Positions 51,385 to 61,083 of a stretch of 64,000 nucleotides of DNA are shown here, piece by piece. A program made the position numbers and the translations under genes. How positions within the stretch are numbered: the first letter of the stretch is position 1; each line of letters starts with the position of its first letter. The notes under the pieces are model-generated. The model was not told the origin of the DNA, made no database searches, and was given only the letters and a program-made list of their open reading frames with translations. Source of the stretch: Epithemia pelagica. Its lineage: Eukaryota; Protista; Bacillariophyta. The stretch lies in assembly GCA_946965045.2 (NCBI GenBank), contig OX337229.1, positions 3,596,001 through 3,660,000 of the forward strand. The letters are read 5' to 3'.

Positions 51385-54300
51385 ATGCGTCCCAATCGGT
51401 CAGTGGTTGACTTTGACTCTGAAGAGGCGCTTCGAAGGGCACTCATGGCTGTCAAACTTCCCTCGGATGAGAACAATAGCACCTCCGCGCAAACGAGCCA
51501 ATCACAACAGCCACAGGGGGAAGGGAGCAGTCAAGTGGCTAGCCCCGCACAACCAAGAGAAACCACAATGGAACAAGAAGAAGAGGAAGAAAACTTGGAT
51601 TGGGTATTGCCTTCTTTGGACCCAGAAACGTCGGAAGTCCAGTCTATGAAACAAGAATTGCATCGTTTGCAGGTATTGAAGTCTTACATGATTCTCGATG
51701 CTGAACGGGAAGAATCCTTTGAACGATTAACACGTTTGTCAGCTCGCTTCTACCATGTTCCAATTACCCTCATTTCACTGGTGGATTTGGGACGTCAATG
51801 GTTCATCTCTAATCGAGGATTGGGCGATGTCCGGGAAACTCCTCGCAAACATGCCTTTTGCGCCCATGCCATTTTGAACAAACACAATATTCTCGTAGTT
51901 CCTGATGCTTCGAAAGATGTCCGATTCCAAAACAATCCCTTATCCACGGGACCTCCCAATATTCGATTTTATGCCGGAGCAGTAAGTTCTTTGCCAGATT
52001 GTGACTGTTGCTTCACTACTTGTTGTTGTTGTGGATGGTGCGAACCGCTGCGTTGTGTGTTGTTTGTTGTTATATTTATACTGAATCGAGTTTACTTCTC
52101 TTGTCTTGTTTCGTCTTAGCCGCTGATTTCACCGGAAGGATACAAACTGGGAACTTTCTGTATTATTGATAGTAAGCCATGGCCCGCTGGATTAAGCCAA
52201 GACCAGCAGTCTACGCTTCGCGATTTGTCTGATATGGCAGTCAAGGAATTGGTTGAGCGGAGAAATAGTATGAAACGCCACGAAAATCCAGCTCAACTCA
52301 TTGCCTACACTGCACACGATCTCATGACACCCTTGACGGGCGTCCAACTGTCCCTCTCACTGTTGAAAGGAGACGAGGATGTGCGAGAACGACTGGGAGG
52401 CCATCATCAAGAACTCCTTTCCACAGCCGCCAATTGCTCGGATCTGATGATACGAATCTGTCAAACTGCGATTGACACGTTGAGAGATGAGTCCTCATCG
52501 TCCGCTGTTCCGGACGTTGTGACCGCAGCGGCCAAGGGAAGTACTCCCGTGACCAAATTGGCTGAACTCATCAAAAGTTTGATGATGATAATGGAACCCA
52601 TCCCCAAAACCGTGCCGCTGATAGTTTCGCTCGACTCTAATGTACCACCAACAGTGATGAGTGATGACCTTAAATTGTTCAGGTCTGCTTTGAATCTAAT
52701 CTCCAACAGTGTGGAACGGACCAGTCTTGGTAGTGTCCATTTACGAATTGTTGTCCAATCCGGTGAGAGGAACAAATTGCTTTTTGAGTGTACAGACACG
52801 GGACCTCCAGTTCCAGTTGAAGAATATCAATACTTGTTCCGCCCGTCTCGGAACGCCGATGGTGATCTCAAACTGGATCTTAGTTCCGTCGCTACCATGA
52901 TCAACTCGCTCGACGGCGAGTATGGCTTTCGCCCTCTGGACGGGTCCGAAGATGGTAAGCTTGTGGCTCCTGATTTGACCGGTGCCATCTTTTGGTTCAG
53001 CGTGCCTCTCTTTACACCCGAAAATTTTGGTGTGACGAATACAGATGATGAATTGCCTATTTCTGTCATTCGCAAAATAACAACCAGCACGAATGTTCGC
53101 CGCGACGCAACCACCCTCAAACAGCCCATTATACCAGTCGTCTCCACGACCAAAACTTCGGCCGCTGCCAGTGGGAACGATGCTCTCTTTCGATGTTGTC
53201 CAGGTGCAACAAACAACAATAGCAACATTTCTCCCTCACCAAGTGCCAGTGCACCGTGGGTCGTGCAAACATCCGATTCTAGAAGAAATAGCGGAAGCAA
53301 CAGTGTTTCATCCGTGGGCCGTCGAAAAATACCAGTTGTTGTGGGCGATGCAATGCAAGCCGAAGCAATGAACAACAGCTGTTTTGGTGATGTATTTGAA
53401 CCCATGGCGCCCGACTCAAAAATGCCGGCTGTCCCCGAAAGTGTGTCAGTTTCACGGGTGTCTGCCGCCGGTGGACCAACAACCCTTTCATTAGGGCAGA
53501 GGAAACGACGTGCCTTGATCATTGAGGATTCTTTGGTTGTTCGCAAGAGCCTCGCACGTGCTTTGGAGAAACTAGGCTTGATGGTTACACAAGCTGTGAA
53601 TGGGTTGGAAGGGTTGAAACGAATGAAAGCAAAGATATATGACTTTGTCTTATGTGATTTCTTAATGCCAATTATGGATGGTCTCGACTGTGTCAAGCAA
53701 TATCGCGACTGGGAAAGACACAACCGACCAGATATTTGTCAACACATTGTGGGCATTTCTGCCCACGGAGGCGCAAACGATGGCAACAGGGGAATCAAAG
53801 CAGGCATGAATGATTTCCGACCCAAACCTGTGAGTATCAAAGAACTGACAGAAGTTCAAAGAGAAACTGCAGTAATGGAGTTGTCTAAAAAACTGGACGA
53901 GATTGACCAGACAAACATGGGTCTAGAATCTTGTTCCTCATCGGTGGCATCCATTACAGTTTCAGAACATGCCCAACTTCGAACATCGTCATCGTGGAAT
54001 TGCGGTTTCGGCATCTCCATGAATGGACAAACAGGCGGCAAACGAGCTCCTCCTTCAAGTTTGTCAGCGCAACAAAATTTCACTTTTGACCCGATCCATG
54101 TAGGGACGAAACGACAAAAACTCGAACACGGATCGTCCTTCTCAGGTGACCAAGGGGCACCAGTTTGTTTGCTTGCCACAGACACACCCACCCAGCGGTC
54201 TAGCGAGGTGTTTACGGAACTGGAGCAACACGGTTGGAAAGTTGTTGTGGTTCATGATGGCCAAGATGCCTTGCGTCTCTTGAAGATGCGTAACTGGAAT

Positions 54301-54579
54301 GCCGTTTTGATCGATGACGACCTCCCAGTTTCGGGAGGAGTGGAATGTGCGAATGAATTCCGCGCATGGGAACAGCACAATCGCGTGAATCGGCAACGCA
54401 ATGTATATATGGTGTGTAAGGTTCCCGTTCCCTCCGTCTTTGATAAAAATTCCGTTGTTCTTCCTCCGACAGGTTGCGATGGCGTGTTGGGGAAACCAGT
54501 CGAATGGAAACAGTTGGACCACCTTCTCACAATGAAAAAAGAACGATCTTTGGATATCATCGTGGGGGGACGCTTTTGA
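51385..54579 (+). CDS. GAF + histidine-kinase-like + two receiver domain protein (intron 51982-52119)
   Basis: GAF (FERLTRLSARFYHVPITLISLVD...FCAHAI...IRFYAGA/PLISPEGYKLGTFCIID), H-box AHDLMTPL, DTG, REC1 (VLCDFLMPIMDG...KP) and REC2 (VLIDDDLP...KP). Confidence 0.88.
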
Positions 54580-54662
54580 TTAAAGTGACCCAGCTTTGAC
54601 AAAAGGCGTGATGTTTGTAACCTTTGCGAGATTATTGCACTCGATCTCGTTGCAACATGCGA

Positions 54663-56350
54663 CTAAAACCCATAAATCTGGATCATGTCAAAGTGATCCG
54701 GAACCACCAGCGGTTGATATCTCCCTCCGGCGTTGCAATATCCCAAAAAATACTCAGGGTGAAAGGCACCGCTGAAACTAGTTGATGTTTTGGTGATTTG
54801 GTTTATTCGCCGTTCCACATCTTGTCGAAACTGAAAGTACTCGCGGACAAGAGCCCCGCAGGTTGTTACGTTGGTTAATTCCTTTAGTCGCTCTTTTTCG
54901 GCAGGGTTACGAGGGTGGGGGTTTGGATGAGGGACCCTACATTCCCAAGGCTGGGAGAAAGATGGTCGTTGACAAATCATGAGGAGGCATGAATGTGAGA
55001 CAGCACCTCGATGAACGAAAAGTCTACGATCATAGTACATACCTTTTTACAGGCAGTGTAATGAGCAGTCATTGTATCTTCCACTGCCAGAACCCGGCAA
55101 TCTCTGCATTTCCCATTCTCAGGTGTATTTTCTGCAAAGCTGACACCGGGAGCCGGGTGATCACGACACTGCCCATAGAACTCCTGATGGTGTACCGGAC
55201 CTCTCCAAATAACATCGGCAACCACCTGGTTCCATTGACAGACATCCAGTTCGACAGAATGCCCAGGATAAACAATGTCATAAAAGTAGGCCAATACACC
55301 TTGATAGGCCATGGCACCTTGAAAGCCTCCGTAACCTAAGCCACCCCAACCACTGCCCGGTCCTCGTCCTGGAGTATAATTGGCTTCCATTATGAAGCGT
55401 TGATATTGCTCGAAATGTTCCAGGGAGGGTCTTGCTACCAAAAACCCACCCTGCACTGCTGTTACAGTTTCCCAAGGTCGTGCACTTGTGATATCTCGAG
55501 TAAAAAAGGCGTCAATCTGGGATGGAAGGCTTTGAAAGTAGGGCTTTTGAATGGCAATACGTCGTCTGGCCATTTTGCCCTGAATGGAATCTGCAGAATA
55601 CAACATGGCATCGTACAAATCATCCAGCGGCTGAAGAACAAGGACATCCAGATCCCAATGAACGACAATCGGGTGATCTGTAAGAGTGTACGCATACAAC
55701 TTGATGAACTCCTTGGATCCGCAACAATTTTCGCCTTCCACGTGATTTCGATACCACGACGTGATCGGTTGTATGTCCGAAATATTCACAGGCGTGTCTC
55801 TCACAAGGGGTGTGTAGCCCAGTCGCTTGAGCAGTGGGATATGGTCTAGGCAGCCTCCATCCTTGTGTAAAAATACATACATTTGATAGCTGTACTTGCT
55901 GGTCTGGTGTCGTGCCTTACTCGACGAGGAGGCAATTGTTGTGTCATCCTGAATTCGATGAACCGAATTTTGATGTATGGAATGTCGCAAGATAACCAAG
56001 GCATCCAGTAACCCTTGGACTCTCAATTTCTTCTTACAAGATATCAATGAAACAACATGAGCCACACGAACTGGTTGAGATGATGATGTATGGGGCGCAA
56101 TGGTAGACGAACCAAGCCAAAGGTTGGTCAATGGAAGGGATGTTGGGACGGGCAGGACCAACAGCAACAGCAGTGCAGTAACAACCAAGACGACGACAAC
56201 CAAGGCTCGATAGGTAGCGATCATCCTCCCCCGTCTATTACTTGTATGCGAGTTGCTTTTCCACCCTGACTGTGTCGAAGTAGAGGATGATGAAAGTGGA
56301 CCGGAAACACCGACATTGTTGTTCCTCCGGACAACTGGTCTTTGGTGCAT
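54663..56350 (-). CDS. Type II membrane glycosyltransferase, GT8-like (intron 54951-55042)
   Basis: N-terminal signal anchor (LVVVVLVVTALLLLLVL), KEFIKLYAYTL..HPIVVHWDLDVLVLQPLDD (DxD), QGGFLVARPS, HYTACKK/PWEC across the intron. Confidence 0.8.
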
Positions 56351-56605
56351 GATCAACGAGCCAACCGCGAAACCGAAAAAAATCCTGCTTTTTGCTTCGT
56401 CTTCCCCCAACGCAAGTCGCTTGTTCTGAACAAAACGACTGTACGTGTACGAGAGTATCCTTATCTTTTCATTTATGCGAAGAAGTATCAGTAGACTTGA
56501 AAGTACAAAGTTTCCGACTTTGTGTCTATTATCTTCGACAAGTCGATGATGATGATGACATTGAACACGAGTATTGGTAAAAGGTTAAGGTTATTGGGTG
56601 TTGGT

Positions 56606-57200
56606 AGTGTTGTGGGCATTCGGCACGGGGCATGCCCAAAAGGTGCATGCCCCCATGACCCGTGACCCTGTGCCCCTCATCGAAAAATATAGTCGGGGCA
56701 TGCCGCACGACTTAGCGCGACTGTTAAGCGACCACACCTGTTGATGATGTTGATTTTGAGGTCGAATGACATGAAGACAGTAACAGAACATGACAGTGAT
56801 GATCCTGGAAACTCTCTTGAATGAGAATCAAGTCTACCTAGAACACAAGTCGAGGGACCACCACCTTCTCCTCCAATAACAGGTAATACCCAGTCATTCG
56901 TTCGCCAAATGTTCGACTTGTCAGTCTTGAAGGAGATAATGGATAGAGAGGTTGCTGGATCAAGGGGAACCCCAGTAGTGCACATGCTACAGCTACTATT
57001 GGTTCCAATGAAGAAGAAGAGGAGTTCACTTTAGAAGATGTCCTTAATTACTAAGTCCCTTACGTGTTGATGTTGCATGAGGTGCCGTAATGGTTACGTA
57101 GGGGCATGCCGGGGCATGCCGGGGGTCATTTTTTGTGACCCCTTAACTCAGCGTGACCCATGACCCGTGACCCCTCTTCCAGGACCGTGCCCTCAACACT
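56606..57200. mobile_element. 595-bp non-autonomous TIR element (MITE) with 9-bp TSD
   Basis: TIRs AGTGTTGTGGGCA and TGCCCTCAACACT (12/13), flanked by GGTGTTGGT at 56597-56605 and 57201-57209; GGGGCATGCC and CATGACCCGTGACCC repeats near both ends. Confidence 0.75.
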
Positions 57201-57235
57201 GGTGTTGGTGTTGCGGGTGGGTAGACTACAATATG

Positions 57236-57316
57236 TACTCCTACTAGCTCTACCTACCTAGGTAGTACTCCTATTGTTTTACTCCCGTAGAGGTTTCGAC
57301 TGTTAAGTTAGGAGTA
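57236..57316. promoter_or_regulatory. Three TACTCCTA/TAGGAGTA motifs upstream of the LRR gene
   Basis: Exact copies at 57236, 57266 and 57309 (reverse). Confidence 0.45.
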
Positions 57317-57578
57317 CAATAGGAATATTTGTGAGTGTACTCGTAGGAGTTCTCCTTTCTCCCTCCAAAGAAGAAAAGCGAATGAAGAACTTTGGTCTAT
57401 TCTTGCTACGCAGCAAGCAAAGCATTGTGTGCTTTGGACTTTTCATTCTTCTTTTGTCTTTGTCCACTGCCGATTCTTGTTCTTGATTCTTGAGATCTGT
57501 TCCTTCCAAGAGATCAGCACACATGCCAGACCTGGCTCTCATCGTCCTTCTTCGTTGTTCACTCTATCTTTGTTTATA

Positions 57579-60554
57579 ATGATGAGTGGAGAAGAGGTTA
57601 ACAATGAAGCTATACGCCTTCCAGAACAAGATGATGGCCAATCATCGCAAGATGCGTCAAACATCCTTATGTCGGGTCGACCTTCCGAACACATTGCATC
57701 GCACGCCCGAGCTTTCGATAATGTGGGCGATAGTGATGAAGAGTTACGGATGACTATACGAGAATTGCGGCGTGCCTATCAAATGGCGGATGGCAGTGGT
57801 GCTCTAAATCTCGAGTCGTTTGTCCTCGTTGAAAATAATGAGGGCCATGAGCTAGGACAACAACAACCTCAACATTTTCCTCCCTTGAATAGACCTTTAC
57901 TCCACCCTCTGGAACAAGAGCAACCTCATGCTGCTCTTATATCTCGAGCGACTCGTAGGCGACGAGAATTTGATCAGCAAGAAACAAACAACGACACCGC
58001 ACCAAATGAAGAGGACATGGAGTCTGTTGAAGGAGAGCAAGAAGACTCTTCTTCTCAGAGGTCTTCTTTGTTAGCGTCCGAGTCAGACAACAATGAAAAT
58101 GAGGGATCAAGCGATGATGGTGAAGATGAACCAGAAGATAATGGTACGGAAGAAGCGGCGCAACGAATCCGCGAAGAACAGGAGGCTTACCGAAAGATGC
58201 TGGTGGACAAGGAGGTTTTTCATCTGCTCCACAAGTTTCACACCAATGATCCGACCGCAACAAGTCTCTCCTTGCTTCCCGAGGCGGACCGTGTGCTCAC
58301 ATCACGTGATTGGGATACGTCACCCTTGCTGAGTCGACACCGGATCCTTAGTAAGCGAACATTGATGTGTCATGTTTCCCGTCAGAGGGAATCTCAACAA
58401 CATGATTCTAGTATTCCAACGGGTGCTGAATTGCTGACACAAGCTTTGGCTAATCCGCCTCTGTTCCTTACGGACCTTCAGCTATTCTGTCCTCTAGTTG
58501 CAAACCGACTGGACTCAACAGGAAAACATGTTTTGGCAAATTTTTTGGCTACAAGTACTTCGCTGCGAGAATTCACCCTCTTTCATACGTCCCCTCGTCC
58601 CAGTGCTGTGTTTCTCGAAAACAATGAAAACGACAGCTCCACCGTACCTACGTTGATTTCTGCCCTTGCCAGGAATGGACGCATTCAAAAGCTCGCTCTT
58701 CGGAAGCTCAATGTACCTCGTGAAACAGACTTTGTCAGTCTGCTTGGGAAAACAAGGAGTTTGGTAAACTTTGATCTCTCTTACTGTGCTTTGGATGTCG
58801 TCGTTTCTGATTCGTTGAGGAGGGGATTGCTAAAAAATTGCTCGCTGGAGACATTGAACATTCGAAAAGACCTGGGGTGTTTTACAGACTCACTTGCCCC
58901 AATCCTCGAAGGTCTCAATGGCCATTACTCTTTACGAGAGTTGGAATTGGAGATAATGACATGCCAGCAATCAGAACTTACGTACCTGGGGAACTGTGTT
59001 TGGTCTTCGCCGAATCTTGGGTACTTATCCTTGATTGTTTCCAGCGCGAAACCTCCGAGTAATCAACAAAGGGCAGACTCACGGAGTACCCAGCTAGATG
59101 CATCACATTTCTTTGAAGCAGTCTCACAAAGCAAGTCTCTGAAGAAGTTACGTCTATATCCGTATGTTACCCTTCAAGACCAAAGCGGCAACTGGCGTGC
59201 TGTATTGGAAAAAAGTCAAGTTCATACTGTGGACCTAGGTCAAGGAGTTGTACAGCAGGCAAATCCAGAGTTAATTTCTGGACTCAGAGATACAATCTTG
59301 GCAGACATGCACTGCATCCGTAATTTGAATTTGTCCAATATATGCTGTCATGGAGAGGTGTCATTTTCCCGTGTTCTGTCCTCTATCAGTACTCTACGCT
59401 TAGAAAAACTTTTTCTTCGCAACTGTCGTCTCATGGACTCTGATTGCGAAAACATGGCGAATCAACTTGAGCGCAGTACGGATAGTTCTCTGATTGAGTT
59501 GGATCTTGGGTCTAACAGTATCGGTTTTCATGGACTGGCCTGTTTGGCGAAAGCATTGCGTAACAATCCAGGTGCATTGGAATCGCTTGACCTCAGCTTC
59601 AATATGTTTGGTCACTCATCATGCGTTCGAAGCTTTGCCATCTTGTTGAAGTCGACAAAGCTCAAGAACCTTGATGTGAGCTGCACAGATATGTTCATGG
59701 ATCACTCGAACTGCACCGGGGCTGGACACCAGGAATGCTGTGATTTGGCAGACGATTTACTGTCTTGTTTGGCTGAAAATCAAGCTCTTGTTCGATTAGC
59801 AGCTGACGACAACTGCTTTTCGGATTCCCTGTTGGTTGCTTTCTGTGACGGAGTTCGTGACAACACATGTCTCAAAGAATTATCTCTAGATGGCAACAGC
59901 CTGCAGTTGACATCATCCGAGTCCCAAAAGTCTGTCGTTGATATGCTGGCCTCAAATCAAACATTGGTTGTTTTGAATATTCCGCGCAGTCGAGGTATGA
60001 CAGAAGAAGGTTTCCGGGCGGTTTCAACCGGGTTGAAAAGAAACAGGAACGTGAAAGATTTGGCAATTCGTGCTTTAAATGTGATTTCTCTTCAATATTT
60101 GCAACGTGCGATCGTTTCATCTCAGTCACTGGTCAATCTTACCATAACCCTGCCGTCATCAGGAGATCGTGTCGAGGCGGAGACGCGAGTTTTGACATTG
60201 CTAAAGTGCGTGGGCAAAATTAAGACATTTCAAAAGCTGCACATCAGCAACACCGAGCAGCATCTCATCTCTCCCTCAACTGGTAAAGTGTTGTTGGATA
60301 TATTGCGGAAAAATCCATCCTTTCAGTCTTTCAATCTCTCCCTGTCGCTGTGCCCGTTTGATCTACGTGTGATGATTGAGTTTTTCGTTGAGTTGAATAA
60401 GAGAGGACGTCGATTCCTGGACGTTTCACTCCAGCAACCCGTTGGACTATGGCCGCATATCTTGGCCCGTCTCACCCAGCACCAGATTGGATGTGCTCGT
60501 TATCTCTTCTTCTTCTTACGTGAACATGTCCTTCTTCATCAGTCAAGCTGTTGA
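57579..60554 (+). CDS. RNI-like leucine-rich repeat protein with acidic disordered N-terminus
   Basis: Repeated LxxLxLxxN/C motifs (LIELDLGSNSIG, LESLDLSFNMFG, LKELSLDGNSL); C-terminal FFVELNKRGRRFL...LWPHILAR...LFFFLRE is a tail common in diatom LRR families. Confidence 0.8.
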   Translation: MMSGEEVNNEAIRLPEQDDGQSSQDASNILMSGRPSEHIASHARAFDNVGDSDEELRMTIRELRRAYQMADGSGALNLESFVLVENNEGHELGQQQPQHFPPLNRPLLHPLEQEQPHAALISRATRRRREFDQQETNNDTAPNEEDMESVEGEQEDSSSQRSSLLASESDNNENEGSSDDGEDEPEDNGTEEAAQRIREEQEAYRKMLVDKEVFHLLHKFHTNDPTATSLSLLPEADRVLTSRDWDTSPLLSRHRILSKRTLMCHVSRQRESQQHDSSIPTGAELLTQALANPPLFLTDLQLFCPLVANRLDSTGKHVLANFLATSTSLREFTLFHTSPRPSAVFLENNENDSSTVPTLISALARNGRIQKLALRKLNVPRETDFVSLLGKTRSLVNFDLSYCALDVVVSDSLRRGLLKNCSLETLNIRKDLGCFTDSLAPILEGLNGHYSLRELELEIMTCQQSELTYLGNCVWSSPNLGYLSLIVSSAKPPSNQQRADSRSTQLDASHFFEAVSQSKSLKKLRLYPYVTLQDQSGNWRAVLEKSQVHTVDLGQGVVQQANPELISGLRDTILADMHCIRNLNLSNICCHGEVSFSRVLSSISTLRLEKLFLRNCRLMDSDCENMANQLERSTDSSLIELDLGSNSIGFHGLACLAKALRNNPGALESLDLSFNMFGHSSCVRSFAILLKSTKLKNLDVSCTDMFMDHSNCTGAGHQECCDLADDLLSCLAENQALVRLAADDNCFSDSLLVAFCDGVRDNTCLKELSLDGNSLQLTSSESQKSVVDMLASNQTLVVLNIPRSRGMTEEGFRAVSTGLKRNRNVKDLAIRALNVISLQYLQRAIVSSQSLVNLTITLPSSGDRVEAETRVLTLLKCVGKIKTFQKLHISNTEQHLISPSTGKVLLDILRKNPSFQSFNLSLSLCPFDLRVMIEFFVELNKRGRRFLDVSLQQPVGLWPHILARLTQHQIGCARYLFFFLREHVLLHQSSC

Positions 60555-60704
60555 TGCAAGTGCACAAGAGGAGTCGACGTGGACTTTCCTTCGTCGGTTC
60601 CGTGCAAAAGCTGAGACTGAACTTTCTTCGGCTTCAGTCTGAACTATCTTACGAGAAGAAATTTCTGGCTGAAGACGTTGCTTTTAATCCCTTGGGTTAC
60701 TTGT

Positions 60705-60764
60705 TACTCCTATTTTCTGAACCCGCTAGAGGAAGAACATGCCCCGAAGGATAGAGTACTCCTA
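60705..60764. promoter_or_regulatory. Two TACTCCTA motifs upstream of the 61084 ORF
   Basis: Exact copies at 60705 and 60757. Confidence 0.4.
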
Positions 60765-61083
60765 CTCCCGTTAGGTCGACATCCGAACCTAGCTTGTGGG
60801 AGGGAGAGAAAGCTGGAGGGAAAGAATAATCAGGGCTCGCCTGGCAAGTACCTCTAAAATGTACGAGTATTTAGAGATTTTTCAGCGCTCGCCAGTGCGC
60901 GCGTCACACACTGCGCGTCAGACGACCCAATGCTGGCACATAGGGCCCCACATATTTTCGAGATCTACTTTGTTGTAGTTTGATGACCAGCAGCAAAACC
61001 ATAGAGACGAAATCTTCGAACACCAACCCCACCCATCATCGGATCCATCACATCCATCCAGAGACTACCACAAGTGTAAGAAC

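Noticed and set aside
56597-57209. hAT assignment (8-bp TSD) for the MITE
   Set aside because: Extending both TIRs by one base creates a terminal mismatch and the flanking 8-mers no longer match; the 9-bp reading is exact.
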